Shown here: in pieces, positions 17,543 through 27,811 of the stretch
How positions within the stretch are numbered: the first letter of the stretch is position 1
Layout of the letters: each line of letters opens with the position of its first letter
Source: an uncultured Deferribacteres bacterium
GTDB lineage: Bacteria; Zhuqueibacterota; Zhuqueibacteria; Zhuqueibacterales; Geothermadaptataceae
Length of the DNA: 35,163 nucleotides
Reading direction: 5' to 3'
Assembly: GCA_964014485.1 (NCBI GenBank)
Contig: CAXHAT010000076.1
Location: 1-35,163, forward strand
Notes under the pieces: model-generated
The model's database searches: none
What the model was told of the DNA's origin: nothing
Seen by the model: only the letters and a program-made list of their open reading frames with translations
Translations under genes and position numbers: made by a program

Positions 17543-18460
17543 TTATTTTCCCACAAAAAGGCTTTTCAATTGCGCAGCAAGGTAGCGGAGTCCGCCGCTG
17601 AACACAAGCAAAATTGCGATCAACGCGTTCGGCAATATCCACCTGGGTTTTGAAAAGTGTTTGGAAAAATAGCGAATGAAGGATTTGTGAGAGGACCAAA
17701 TCATCGCGGCGCGGTTGGCGTAAACGCTGCGTCCTTTGTGGTGCGTAATCTGGACTTCGGGCGTAAATAAAATCAAGAAGCCTGCATCGGTAACGCGCTT
17801 GCACCAATCAACGTCGCTGAAAAACATGGGAAATTCTTCATCCCATGCGCCAATCTTTTTGACGACGGACTTCCGCGTCATCAGAAACGCACCCTGCGGC
17901 TGGTCGACGTGTCGTACTTTCGTGTGATCAAAATCGCCCATTTTCCAGCGATTAAAAAGTGCGCTTTTCGAAAAAATTCGACTGAGTCCGGTCAATTCGA
18001 AAATAACGTCCGCGTGGCGGGGAAAACGGCGACAGGACGGTTGAATCGATCCGTCTTCGTTGCGCAGAAGAGGGGCGGCGACGCCAATTTTTCTGTCCTT
18101 TTGCAGATATTTTTTCATCCTGACGATGGCGTTTTCCTGCAAAATTGTGTCAGGATTTAGAAAAAGAACATAAGGCGCTTTTGCCAGCGCCAAGCCCTGA
18201 TTTAACGCAGCGGTAAACCCCTTGTTTTCACCGTTGACAATAATTTTGAACTTTGCAAAGCGATTCAACGCCCGGCTCTTGCTGACGAGAAAGGGCGTGC
18301 CGTCTGACGAGGCGTTGTCGATAATAAAAATCTCGGAGAGATGTGACGGTGCGGCGTTGACCAGAGACGCAATGCAACTTGCAATCTCGTCGCCATTGTT
18401 AAACGTCACGATAATGATTGAGAATTGAACGCTGGGCTTACTCGATTTCGATGAGCTCAC
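17543..18460 (-). CDS. Glycosyltransferase family 2 (WbbL-like)
   Basis: SIIIVTFN, IIDNASSDGT, N.GF..A.NQG, LFLNPD, WDE.FPMFFSDVDWC.R. Confidence 0.92.
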   Translation of the reverse strand: MSSSKSSKPSVQFSIIIVTFNNGDEIASCIASLVNAAPSHLSEIFIIDNASSDGTPFLVSKSRALNRFAKFKIIVNGENKGFTAALNQGLALAKAPYVLFLNPDTILQENAIVRMKKYLQKDRKIGVAAPLLRNEDGSIQPSCRRFPRHADVIFELTGLSRIFSKSALFNRWKMGDFDHTKVRHVDQPQGAFLMTRKSVVKKIGAWDEEFPMFFSDVDWCKRVTDAGFLILFTPEVQITHHKGRSVYANRAAMIWSSHKSFIRYFSKHFSKPRWILPNALIAILLVFSGGLRYLAAQLKSLFVGK

Positions 18461-19508
18461 GTGGAATCGGCGTTAAAACTTTCGGGTGACTGGGCGTGAC
18501 TAAAACGTCATCTTCAATTCGAACGCCCCCGACTCCCGGAACATAAACGCCGGGTTCAATTGTAATTACTGCATCGGCGGGAATGGATTCTTTGCTTCGC
18601 TCTGCAATTCCGGGGCTGCTGTGAACATCCAGCCCCAAGCCGTGACCGAGAGAATGGCTGAATTCTTTTTCGTAGCCTTGCGATTTCAAAAAGCGCCTGG
18701 CGACGCCGTCTAATCTGGCTGCCCCCATTCCGGCTTCAATGGAATCGACGGCGATTTGATTGGCCTGCTTTACGGCTTCATAAATATGGCGCTGTTTTTC
18801 ATTCGCTTCGCCCAACATAACGGTGCGCGTTATGTCCGAGCAAAAACCGTTGTATTTGCAACCAAAATCGATAACAACCAGCTCGCCTTTTTCCAGCTTT
18901 TTGCGGCTCGCCGTTCCGTGCGGCAAAGCGGAACGCCAACCGCTGGCCACGATCGGCTCAAACGCGTCGCCTTCCGCACCGCACTTTTTGGCTTGATAGG
19001 AAAGCTCCGCCGCAACGTCCAGCTCGGTCATTCCAGCCTGGATGAGCGGCAAAACGTTGTTCCAAACCTTGACGGCGATCTGACAAGCAACGTGTATCTG
19101 CTCAATTTCTTCAGGCGTTTTGGCAATGGTCGCAAGTTCGACAATATCTTTGGTCGGGCAAAATTTAACGTTTGGGGATGAGTCGCGAAGGTAAGTAAAA
19201 TTGTGGCAGGAAAGGTGTTTCGCTTCAAAAGCGACGCGCCTACAGCCTTTCAGCAAATCGTGTTTCTTAATCTCAGCGAAAAGGTCTTTTTCAGCGATAA
19301 TCGGCTCTGCATTTTTCGCTTCCAAAACGACCTGATCGCGGTATCGGCGGTCCGTGAGAATCGTGAGCGCGTCGCCGGTTATAAGAACCAGTGCATTTGA
19401 ACCAGAGAAGTTGGTGAGATAGCGAATACTCGCCAATGAAGAAACAACGAGCGCTTCACATTTACATACTCGGATCGCCCGTTGGATCTGGTCAAGCCTG
19501 TCAGACAT
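18438..19508 (-). CDS. Xaa-Pro peptidase (M24B family)
   Basis: Creatinase-like N-terminus; SALPHG, IDFG, SDITRT, HSLGHGLGLDVH, TIEPGVY, GVRIEDD. Confidence 0.93.
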   Translation of the reverse strand: MSDRLDQIQRAIRVCKCEALVVSSLASIRYLTNFSGSNALVLITGDALTILTDRRYRDQVVLEAKNAEPIIAEKDLFAEIKKHDLLKGCRRVAFEAKHLSCHNFTYLRDSSPNVKFCPTKDIVELATIAKTPEEIEQIHVACQIAVKVWNNVLPLIQAGMTELDVAAELSYQAKKCGAEGDAFEPIVASGWRSALPHGTASRKKLEKGELVVIDFGCKYNGFCSDITRTVMLGEANEKQRHIYEAVKQANQIAVDSIEAGMGAARLDGVARRFLKSQGYEKEFSHSLGHGLGLDVHSSPGIAERSKESIPADAVITIEPGVYVPGVGGVRIEDDVLVTPSHPKVLTPIPRELIEIE

Positions 19509-20964
19509 TCGCGCTTTCTTTCAACTTTTGGCGTAGAAAAACGATTTTCTCCTGGAAACCTGCGTTTGATTGATCTTTTTTCAGCAACAGCTCGAAAACG
19601 CTGATCGCTTTGGCGTACTGTCCTTGTGCTGCGTAAATTTCACCCAATGTCGGCGTCACAATTTTGTCCCTGCTAATCGCGTCAGTATCTTCGTCAACGC
19701 CGTTTGCGCCGGGTTCTTCCACGGCTTCAACAGGCGTTTCCATGGGCGGAGCAGGTTGATTTGTCTCAGCAGGCTCCTGGAAAGCTTCCTCAATCGGCTC
19801 CGGCTGTTTAAAATCAGTCGGGGGCAGGAAATCTGTAACCGACTCTTCCGGGTCGGGTTCCGGCTGTGCGACAGGCTCGGGCGCCGGCGCTTCAGGTTGG
19901 TTTTGAAGCGTTTGTTCGACAGCCTGCTCTCCAGGCGTATCGTCAAGGTTGAGGAAAACGTCGTTACCTGCATCGTCGTTCTCAAGCGGCGGCTCAGAAA
20001 GAAAATCCAATTCCCCGGTGTCCAATTGCTCTGAAGATTTGTCCTTCTCTGAGGCCAAATCCTTCATCGCATCAAATTCGATGGTTTCCTCTTCGAAAAT
20101 GCCAAAAACGTCATCGGGGTTTTCCGATTCAACTTCTTCCAGCCCTTGTACTGCGGGCGATTCTTGTTCTGGCGGCTCATCAGATTTTGAAGACGGCGGG
20201 CGATGAGAGATTTTGATATTCAAGCCTTCGATCATGCCGAATTCATCGGCTTCGGAATCATCGTCGTCTTCAAAAATGTCTTCAAGTATCGTTTTGATTT
20301 CCTTCTCGTCATCAGCCGGGGCGGCGACGTCCTTCGGAGCGGACGGCTCCGGAGATTCCACTGGAGCGTCCACTTCCGCGAATAAATCTTCCTCTAAATT
20401 GATAGACTCGGCGGCAGACGTTTCCGGGAGTTCTGGTTGCCCCAAGAATTCTTCTTCTTGATGGACGATTTCTTCCGCATGCGTCTTTTGCACAGGCGGC
20501 GTGTATGCGCTAATGAGAGGTTGTTCCGGCGTGACGACTTCCTGGTCTTGCGGTTTGGTTTGCTCCAGAGCGGCAAGCGTTTCCCGGACGTTTTTATCCA
20601 AAGGATCAATGCTCAGAATTTTGCGGTAGCTCATTTCGCACGTATTGTCCCAGCCGTGCTCTCGCATCAGATCGCCGTAAAGCTTGTGGGCGGCAATATA
20701 TTTGGGATCGAACAGGATGACGCGCTTGAATTCTTTTTCGGCAAGATCGAATAATTTCTTTTGCAGATAGCATTTGCCGAGCACCATATGCCCGGTTACA
20801 TAATACGGGTGCTTACGTATCCCTTCTTCGCACACGCCGATGGCTTCATCAACATTCCCCTGCTTCAGCAAACCGTCGGCGACTCTCGCAAACATGAGAG
20901 AGTCGGGGTTTTGCTGTAGGCGGCTTTTCAGCGCTTCAAATCGTGCGTCAAATTCTTCTAACAT
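19501..20964 (-). CDS. TPR protein with a long acidic Pro/Glu-rich linker
   Basis: N-terminal TPRs, D/E/P-rich middle, C-terminal VTPTLGEIYAAQG..KA TPR. CAGGAGG RBS. Confidence 0.85.
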   Translation of the reverse strand: MLEEFDARFEALKSRLQQNPDSLMFARVADGLLKQGNVDEAIGVCEEGIRKHPYYVTGHMVLGKCYLQKKLFDLAEKEFKRVILFDPKYIAAHKLYGDLMREHGWDNTCEMSYRKILSIDPLDKNVRETLAALEQTKPQDQEVVTPEQPLISAYTPPVQKTHAEEIVHQEEEFLGQPELPETSAAESINLEEDLFAEVDAPVESPEPSAPKDVAAPADDEKEIKTILEDIFEDDDDSEADEFGMIEGLNIKISHRPPSSKSDEPPEQESPAVQGLEEVESENPDDVFGIFEEETIEFDAMKDLASEKDKSSEQLDTGELDFLSEPPLENDDAGNDVFLNLDDTPGEQAVEQTLQNQPEAPAPEPVAQPEPDPEESVTDFLPPTDFKQPEPIEEAFQEPAETNQPAPPMETPVEAVEEPGANGVDEDTDAISRDKIVTPTLGEIYAAQGQYAKAISVFELLLKKDQSNAGFQEKIVFLRQKLKESANV

Positions 20965-21085
20965 AAAAAATAACCTCCTGCCGCAAATGCAGCATGCGAT
21001 AACTCCCTGTATATGATGAGAAATTCCTTTTCCTCATCCAAAAAATTCTATGATGGCCGTGACTTCCCCGAACTTGTTCAGCGTT

Positions 21086-21255
21086 TAAGAGCATATGTTG
21101 GTTGGTGCGAAACTGTCATTTTCAAAGCGTCTTTTTTTTGATTTTTCCGCCAAAGTTGCAGAAACGTCGTTACCTCGCGGCCAATGAAAATTTTGCTTCG
21201 TTGGCCTCCGGCTCCACGCAATGACAAGTCAAGAGACTTTCCAAATACACTCTAA
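21086..21255. repeat. Highly degenerate MITE/REP-like relic
   Basis: tgtcatt (21114-21120) pairs with aatgaca (21220-21226). Loosely complementary ends taagagcatatgttgg / ccaaatacactctaa. Confidence 0.35.
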
Positions 21256-21349
21256 GCAACAATAAGCCTTAACAATTATACTACGACTAGTCCGCCTGAT
21301 TGAGTAACCGTTTTAACGAAATTTTAAAAAACCGCAGATTTTCACGCAT

Positions 21350-21856
21350 CTACCAGCCTGAAACAGAACGGTCGAGCACTTCCTGCGTCAAAAGTGCAAT
21401 TGCTTCGGCGATGGCGTCTTCGCGGCTGTTCTTCTCGCTTGCATCCGGCGCATACGTTCCAAAACGACTCAATTGATCTTCCCAAAGCACTTTGCGCTTT
21501 TTCAAATCTTCATACTTCACTTCGACGGTTACATGCACCTGAATGCTCGAAACGCTCTCGTCTCGGTCATAGTCTCCGGCCCTGTCATTGACTGCCAGAA
21601 CGGTTCCGCTGATCAGTGCGTCGGCAGTGCGCCGATTCGCGATTTTCAGCGTATTATCGCGGTTAAATGCGTCGATGATGCTATTCGCCAAATCTTCCTT
21701 AACGCCGAACTCCGCGGTATTATCTTCAAACACCGGCACCGCTACGGTTTTGATGTGTGAGTTAGCCGAACCGGAAAAAGAATAAGGCCCGCAAGCAGAC
21801 TGAAAAAACAGGCCGATCGGCAATGCCAGATATGCGAAGATTGATTTTCTATTCAT
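21350..21856 (-). CDS. lptE: LptE-like LPS-assembly lipoprotein
   Basis: Lipobox QSAC followed by GPYSFSG, IKTVAVPVFEDNT, C-terminal W. Position between a sigma54 activator and a TPR gene is typical of FCB genomes. Confidence 0.78.
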   Translation of the reverse strand: MNRKSIFAYLALPIGLFFQSACGPYSFSGSANSHIKTVAVPVFEDNTAEFGVKEDLANSIIDAFNRDNTLKIANRRTADALISGTVLAVNDRAGDYDRDESVSSIQVHVTVEVKYEDLKKRKVLWEDQLSRFGTYAPDASEKNSREDAIAEAIALLTQEVLDRSVSGW

Positions 21857-21894
21857 TGCATTTATCGGCTAGAATATTGGATTGTCAAGTTTCA

Positions 21895-22090
21895 CTACCT
21901 GACACTTTTTATAGGCTTTTGAAGCCGGCGAAAAAGGCCGGAATTGTCATGCTGGAAGCATCTTTTTTTGATCCAACCCTTGAACTTTTGGGTATGATCT
22001 GTACTGGGCGATAACAAAGATTCCTCCTGAATGACAAAACGGGGCTTTTCGACGACTCGAAAATGTAGTTTACAAAAAAGTGTCAGGTAG
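21895..22090. mobile_element. About 200-bp MITE-like element, copy 2
   Basis: Perfect 16-bp TIR ctacctgacacttttt (21895-21910) / aaaaagtgtcaggtag (22075-22090). Homologous to 7243-7441. Confidence 0.87.
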
Positions 22091-22146
22091 AAAGTTGTCA
22101 AGCACATGTCAAAAGCAACAACAACCCAGCATTCCAAAAATCCAAT

Positions 22147-23319
22147 TCAAAACGGCAGATTAAATTCCTTAATTTTTCTATACAATGTTCTTTCGCTAAT
22201 CGCAAGCATATTTGCGGCTTTGCGCTTGTTGCCGCCGCTTTTTTCGAGCGCGCGATAAAGCAGTTCTTTTTCCATTTCTTCCATGGTCGGGAACGGCTCT
22301 TCCGGCGGAGGTTCTTCGAATGAACGAATTTCGCCGCTGCCAAGCTCGTAGCCTGAAGCTTCCACCGGGACGCGTGCAGGTATTCTCCTGCTTGGCGAAA
22401 CGTATTCCCCCAAGAATGCTTCTTTGAGCAAAGAAATTTCATTTTTGATTTCGAGAAGCAGACGGTAAATCAGTTCTCGCTCCAACTCATCGTGCGGTCT
22501 ATTTAAAGGCACGGGCAGCCCCCGATCCATATTAATTTCATGTACCGGCAATTGTCGGTGCACAGCCGCCCCATCGACGGATCCGCCGCCGCTGATCACG
22601 ATCAGGCTCTCAACGACATTCTTTAATTCACGGATATTTCCAGGCCAATGATAATCGATGAGCGCATCGACGGCGTCATCGGAGAAACCGCCGAAGCTGA
22701 AGTGATTCTGTTCGCAGAAAAGTTTAGAAAAGTGTTTGATTAACAGGGGGATATCACCGCGCCGCTCGCGCAATGCGGGCATGCTCAAACGAATCACGTT
22801 CAAACGATAGTACAAATCTTCGCGGAACGTTTTCTCGCCAACCATTTTTAACAAATCTTTGTTCGTCGCCGCGATCACCCGAACGTTAACCTTGCGCGGC
22901 GTGCTGCCGCCGACGCGGATAATCTCTCTATTTTCTAAAACGCGCAATAAACGCACTTGCGCGTCCAAAGGCATCTCGCCGATTTCGTCCAGGAAAATCG
23001 TGCCGCCGTCCGCCGTTTCAAAAAATCCGCGCCGCATACTGACCGCGCCGGTAAACGCGCCTTTCTCATGCCCAAAAAGCTCGGATTCGATAATTCCTTC
23101 CGGAATCGCTCCAGCGTTGACAACAACGAACGGCCCGTTGCGCCGCCCGCTGGCTTCGTGCAGCGCCTGGGCGATCAACTCCTTGCCCGTGCCGCTCTCG
23201 CCGATAATCAGCGCTGAAATGTCCGTCGGCGCGACTTGCTCAACGGTTCGCAATATTTGCTCAAACGCCGCGGATTTGCCGACCAGCCCTATTTTTCGTC
23301 TTATTTGCCCTAAGCTCAT
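22147..23319 (-). CDS. Sigma54-dependent Fis-family activator lacking an N-terminal regulatory domain
   Basis: GESGTGKE, GAFTGA, FLDEIGE, REDLYYRL, WPGNIREL, C-terminal Fis HTH. Confidence 0.95.
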   Translation of the reverse strand: MSLGQIRRKIGLVGKSAAFEQILRTVEQVAPTDISALIIGESGTGKELIAQALHEASGRRNGPFVVVNAGAIPEGIIESELFGHEKGAFTGAVSMRRGFFETADGGTIFLDEIGEMPLDAQVRLLRVLENREIIRVGGSTPRKVNVRVIAATNKDLLKMVGEKTFREDLYYRLNVIRLSMPALRERRGDIPLLIKHFSKLFCEQNHFSFGGFSDDAVDALIDYHWPGNIRELKNVVESLIVISGGGSVDGAAVHRQLPVHEINMDRGLPVPLNRPHDELERELIYRLLLEIKNEISLLKEAFLGEYVSPSRRIPARVPVEASGYELGSGEIRSFEEPPPEEPFPTMEEMEKELLYRALEKSGGNKRKAANMLAISERTLYRKIKEFNLPF

Positions 23320-23349
23320 AAAATTTATTTCAAGCCTTGCGGTGAAGGC

Positions 23350-24624
23350 TTAGAATCTGCCCTTCGCTTTATCCCCAATATCTTTTCGAAAATATACGCC
23401 CTCATAATTTATGCTCTTAACCAAATCGTAAGCGGCTTTTTGAGCATCCTTAAATTCTTTTTCTTGCGCAACGGCAGTCAGTACGCGGCCGCCGGAAGTG
23501 ACAATGTTTCCGCTGACGTCCTTTTTCGTTCCAGCGTGAAAGACCATGCGATTTTCAGGCAGAGATTTATCTAGGCCGTCAATCGTTTTCCCGGTTTCAT
23601 AGGCGCCCGGATAACCCGAGGAAGCCATCACCACGCCGACGGCGAATTCATCGTGGGTTTCGAGTTTATAATTCTTCAAATCGCCGGTGGCGGCTTTAAA
23701 AAGCAATTCGGCGAAATCGGATTTAATCAAAGGCAAAACCGCCTGCGTTTCCGGATCGCCGAAGCGGCAGTTGAACTCGACGACTTTTGGGCCTTCGTTG
23801 GTAATCATCAATCCGGCGTAGAGCACGCCGCGATAAGGCGCTCCCTCTGCGGCCATGCCTTTCAAAATCGGGACGATCACCTCATCTTCGGCGCGTTTGA
23901 GCATTTCGGCGTCCATGACCGGCGCCGGAGCGTAGGCGCCCATGCCCCCGGTGTTTGGGCCTTTATCGCCGTCAAAAATCGCCTTGTGATCTTGCGACGT
24001 TGGCAGAAGCACGTAATCTTCACCGTCCGTAACTACGAAAACTGAAGCCTCTTCACCGACCATGAATTCTTCGAGTACAACGCGCGCGCCGGCGTCACCG
24101 AACTCCCGTTGCAACATGATCTTTTGCAGCGTTTCCCGCGCTTCCATCTTGTTCTGGACGATAATTGCGCCTTTGCCCGCCGCTAAACCGTCCGCCTTGA
24201 TTACGTGGGGAAATTTGACAATCTCCAGGTAATCTATTGCTTCATCAAAAGAATCGAACACGACCCATTTCGCCGTGGGCGCCTTGTATTTCCCCATCAC
24301 GTATTTGGCGAAAGCTTTCGAGCCTTCCAGCGCCGCCGCCGCTTTCGACGGCCCACAGATTTTCAGCCTGGCTTCATCAAAAGCGTCGACAATGCCGTCG
24401 ACCAGCGGGACTTCCGGGCCAGGCATGGTTAAATCAATATTTTTCTGTTTAACGAAAGCAATCAGCGTTTCGAAATCGGTAATTCCGATATTCACGCAAG
24501 TCGCGATTTGCTCAATGCCGGGATTGCAAGGCGTACAGAAAATTTGTTCAATGGACGGGCTTTGCGCCAATTTCCAGACTATCGCGTGTTCCCTGGCGCC
24601 GTTGCCTAAAACGAGAATCTTCAT
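23350..24624 (-). CDS. purD: Phosphoribosylamine--glycine ligase
   Basis: MKILVLG.GAREHA, KADGLAAGKG, QDHK, GPNTGGMGAY, EFNCRFGDPE, GGRVL. True start at ATG 24624. Confidence 0.97.
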   Translation of the reverse strand: MKILVLGNGAREHAIVWKLAQSPSIEQIFCTPCNPGIEQIATCVNIGITDFETLIAFVKQKNIDLTMPGPEVPLVDGIVDAFDEARLKICGPSKAAAALEGSKAFAKYVMGKYKAPTAKWVVFDSFDEAIDYLEIVKFPHVIKADGLAAGKGAIIVQNKMEARETLQKIMLQREFGDAGARVVLEEFMVGEEASVFVVTDGEDYVLLPTSQDHKAIFDGDKGPNTGGMGAYAPAPVMDAEMLKRAEDEVIVPILKGMAAEGAPYRGVLYAGLMITNEGPKVVEFNCRFGDPETQAVLPLIKSDFAELLFKAATGDLKNYKLETHDEFAVGVVMASSGYPGAYETGKTIDGLDKSLPENRMVFHAGTKKDVSGNIVTSGGRVLTAVAQEKEFKDAQKAAYDLVKSINYEGVYFRKDIGDKAKGRF

Positions 24625-24677
24625 AAATTTTAGATGTTCGAATTTGCTGTTTTTGAGATTGATGGAAAATATAGACC

Positions 24678-24763
24678 AGCTAAAGCTTGAACTACAAACC
24701 ACAGTGATTCTTTTGCGCTCGAAGTAGAGGGAAGCACTGTCGTTTGTAGTTCAAACTTCAGTT
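24678..24763. repeat. REPIN-like doublet of GTAG-family REPs (left of the RAYT)
   Basis: agctaaagcttgaactacaaac...gtttgtagttcaaacttcagtt long hairpin; direct repeat of 25485-25572. Confidence 0.9.
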
Positions 24764-24811
24764 TGTTTTTGGAGTAGCTGCAATTCCAAAACTCCGCTTT
24801 CGTTCTCAGCA

Positions 24812-25417
24812 CTACATCTCAGGGTCATCCCACCCTTTTCCATAATCCAGTAAAGGATAATCGTCCCAGAGCATGAGCGCCTCGCGTTTTCCAAATTTTT
24901 CCAAAAAGGAATTCGCGCTAGAAAATGGCCAATCCTGCCATTTTTTGACATAACGATGATGTACCGGATTGTGATGAATGTAGTTTAAGGTCACGTAATA
25001 ATGCCGGTCATTGCGAATACTACGATCCATCGAATTGTGCCAGACTTTTCTTCCTTCTGTATCATCTTCTTTGTTCCACGAACGTGACATCCGGCCATGA
25101 AACTCGCCTAATTTCTCTGAAAATCCATCAAAAGACGCAACTTTCGAGAGAACGTGATAGTGATTTGACAGGACGCACCAAGCTGTAACACGAGCATTTA
25201 AGGTTTCAAAAGCTTCCAGTAAATCTACACAAAATTTTTCCATTCTATCCTCTGATTTACCGACAATGTGTCTGTGCTCGTAACAGGCGGCACTGATGAA
25301 GTAAAAATCAGATTCTCCTTTCCTGTGCGGCGGACTGTGCCAGGGACGACTGGCGAGCTTTCGTTCCTTCAAAATTTTTTCACGTTCTGCATGCGACATT
25401 TTTCGCCAATCGTACAT
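24812..25417 (-). CDS. REP-associated tyrosine transposase (RAYT, Y1 HUH superfamily)
   Basis: YFIS, AWCVLSNHYH (HUH), W....DR.IR, catalytic Tyr in LNYIHHNPV, W.FSS. Flanked by REPs. ATG 25417; the ORF track starts at 25432. Confidence 0.9.
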   Translation of the reverse strand: MYDWRKMSHAEREKILKERKLASRPWHSPPHRKGESDFYFISAACYEHRHIVGKSEDRMEKFCVDLLEAFETLNARVTAWCVLSNHYHVLSKVASFDGFSEKLGEFHGRMSRSWNKEDDTEGRKVWHNSMDRSIRNDRHYYVTLNYIHHNPVHHRYVKKWQDWPFSSANSFLEKFGKREALMLWDDYPLLDYGKGWDDPEM

Positions 25418-25484
25418 TGCCTTGCGCCCCAAAAAGTTCAGCTTTAAAGTGATTAATTCTTGAACAGAGCGTCATCTAAAAGGC

Positions 25485-25572
25485 AAGCTAAAGCTTGAAC
25501 TACAAACGACGGTGCTTCTATCTGCTCTGAGCGTAAGGAACGCACGGTCGTTTGTAGTTCAAACTTCAGTTT
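25485..25572. repeat. REPIN-like doublet of GTAG-family REPs (right of the RAYT)
   Basis: aagctaaagcttgaactacaaacgac...gtcgtttgtagttcaaacttcagttt. Confidence 0.9.
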
Positions 25573-25590
25573 ACTTGGACGTCTGCGGCC

Positions 25591-27636
25591 TTACCGCACA
25601 TACTTGGCGTATTTCGAACCGCCGCCTTTTTTCTTGCCCTTTTTGAGCCGTTCAATTTCGTCGCGCAGAGAAGCGGCTTTTTCGAATTCGAGATTTTTGG
25701 AGGCGGCGAGCATTTCTTTTTCGAGCATGTCAAGCCGTTCTTCCCGTTCAAAAGGCGCGAGACGGCTCCACTCCGCGTCCGAAATTGTGGCTGCATCACT
25801 TTCATCTTTCCCGTAACCGCCGCGCACGTCGGCGACGCGGGTGGATTGCAAGACGCTCTCAACGCTTTTGTAAATCGTCTTCGGCTGAATGCCGTGTTCT
25901 TTGTTGTAAACTTCCTGCAATTCGCGGCGGCGCTGCGTCTCGTCCATGGCTCTTTGCATCGAGCCGGTGATGCGGTCGGCGTAGAGAATCACCTTGCCTT
26001 CCGCGTTACGCGCCGCACGCCCGGAAATCTGAATCAGGCTGCGCTCGCTGCGCAAAAAGCCTTCTTTGTCCGCATCCAAAATCGCGACCAGCGCCACTTC
26101 CGGCAAATCCAGTCCTTCCCGCAAAAGGTTGATTCCGACGAGCACGTCAAATTCCGCCAAACGCAAATCGCGGATGATCTCCATGCGATCCAGCGCGTCG
26201 ATTTCCGAGTGCAGATAGCGCACGCGAATGTCCATTTCGGCGAGATATTCGGTCAAATCTTCGGCCATGCGCTTGGTTAAAGTCGTCACCAAAACGCGCT
26301 GTTGCTGCGCGACGCAAACGCGAATCTCCCCAATCAAATCGTCGATCTGGCCTTTCACTGGACGAATAATCATTTCCGGATCCATCAAGCCGGTCGGGCG
26401 GATAACCTGCTCGACAACTACGCCCTGGCTGCGCTCGATTTCCAGATCGCCGGGCGTGGCGGAAACGTAAATCGTCTGGGGCATGAGCGGCTCGAATTCA
26501 TCAAATTTCAACGGGCGGTTGTCCAATGCGCTGGGCAAGCGGAAACCAAACTCGACCAGCGTTTCCTTGCGCGCACGGTCGCCGTTGTACATGCCGTTAA
26601 TTTGCGGGACGGTCGCGTGAGATTCGTCGATAACGCAGAGAAAGTCACCTTCCGGAAAATAGTCGATCAGCGTGTATGGCCGCTCGCCTGGATTGCGCCC
26701 GGTGAGATGGCGCGAATAGTTTTCCACGCCGCTGCAATAACCAAGTTCTTGCAGCATTTCAATATCGAAGCGGGTGCGCATTTCGAGACGCTGGGCTTCG
26801 AGCAGTTTGCCGCGCTGGCGATATTGCGCCAAACGTTCTTCCAGCTCTTCTTCAATCGTCACAATCGCCTGTTCGAGACGCGGACGTGAGGTCACAAAGT
26901 GTTTCGCCGGATAAATCGCGATAGAATCGGCCTTGTCGAGAATTTCACCGGTGACGGTGTTGACCAGCGACAAGTCTTCGATCTCGTTGCCGAACATTTC
27001 GATGCGGTAGGCCTCGCGCTCATAAGCAGGCATGACCTCGACGACGTCGCCGCGAACGCGGAAAGTGCCGCGCTCAAATTCAAAATCATTGCGGGTGTAA
27101 TGAATATCCACCAGCTTGTTCAAGATCAAATTGCGGTCGATGAACTGCCCTTTTCGCAAAACCAATAGTTGTTCGCCGTACTCATTCGGGTCGCCGAGAC
27201 CGTAAATACAAGAAACCGAAGCAACGATAATCACATCCTGCCGTGAAAGGAGCGCGCTGGTCGCTTTCAGGCGCAGGCGGTCAATTTCGTCATTGACTGA
27301 GGTGTCTTTTTCGATGTATGTGTCGGAAGTGGGGATGTAAGCTTCGGGCTGGTAATAATCGTAGTAGCTGATAAAATATTCGACGGCGTTCTTGGGAAAA
27401 AAGCTTTTGAATTCGCCGTAAAGCTGCCCGGCGAGGGTTTTGTTGTGAGAAATAATCAGCGTCGGCTTGTTAACATTGGCGATGACGTTGGCGATGGAAA
27501 AAGTCTTTCCGCTCCCAGTGACGCCCAGCAAAGTTTGGTGGCGGTCGCCTCGCAAAACGCCCGTGGTTAGCTCATCAATAGCGCGCGGCTGATCCCCAGT
27601 CGGGTCAAATTCCGAGACGACTTCGAAGTGATCCAT
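25591..27636 (-). CDS. uvrB: Excinuclease ABC subunit B
   Basis: [24 protein letters not shown] beta-hairpin, [15 protein letters not shown]-terminal UVR domain. Confidence 0.98.
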   Translation of the reverse strand: MDHFEVVSEFDPTGDQPRAIDELTTGVLRGDRHQTLLGVTGSGKTFSIANVIANVNKPTLIISHNKTLAGQLYGEFKSFFPKNAVEYFISYYDYYQPEAYIPTSDTYIEKDTSVNDEIDRLRLKATSALLSRQDVIIVASVSCIYGLGDPNEYGEQLLVLRKGQFIDRNLILNKLVDIHYTRNDFEFERGTFRVRGDVVEVMPAYEREAYRIEMFGNEIEDLSLVNTVTGEILDKADSIAIYPAKHFVTSRPRLEQAIVTIEEELEERLAQYRQRGKLLEAQRLEMRTRFDIEMLQELGYCSGVENYSRHLTGRNPGERPYTLIDYFPEGDFLCVIDESHATVPQINGMYNGDRARKETLVEFGFRLPSALDNRPLKFDEFEPLMPQTIYVSATPGDLEIERSQGVVVEQVIRPTGLMDPEMIIRPVKGQIDDLIGEIRVCVAQQQRVLVTTLTKRMAEDLTEYLAEMDIRVRYLHSEIDALDRMEIIRDLRLAEFDVLVGINLLREGLDLPEVALVAILDADKEGFLRSERSLIQISGRAARNAEGKVILYADRITGSMQRAMDETQRRRELQEVYNKEHGIQPKTIYKSVESVLQSTRVADVRGGYGKDESDAATISDAEWSRLAPFEREERLDMLEKEMLAASKNLEFEKAASLRDEIERLKKGKKKGGGSKYAKYVR

Positions 27637-27671
27637 AATTCCTTGAAAATTATTGGTTTTGAGCGGCCTGA

Positions 27672-27700
27672 AATATAGCTTTGGACGTCAAGAATGTCAA
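27672..27700 (-). promoter_or_regulatory. Putative sigma70 promoter of uvrB
   Basis: Minus strand TTGACA, 17 bp, TATATT. Confidence 0.72.
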
Positions 27701-27721
27701 GCGGCATTTTGGAAAAACGCC

Positions 27722-27750
27722 TTGCATCTCAGGGTCTCCCGCGCTATATT
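27722..27750 (+). promoter_or_regulatory. Putative sigma70 promoter of ppiD (divergent from uvrB)
   Basis: TTGCAT, 17 bp, TATATT. Confidence 0.55.
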
Positions 27751-27811
27751 GGCAGGCTCAAAAATGGCTTAAAACCAGAATTTTCCATTGCAACAAATCG
27801 TGTATTCGCAT

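Noticed and set aside
24625..24702. N-terminal extension of PurD in the ORF track
   Set aside because: It runs into the REPIN; PurD canonically starts at MKILV.
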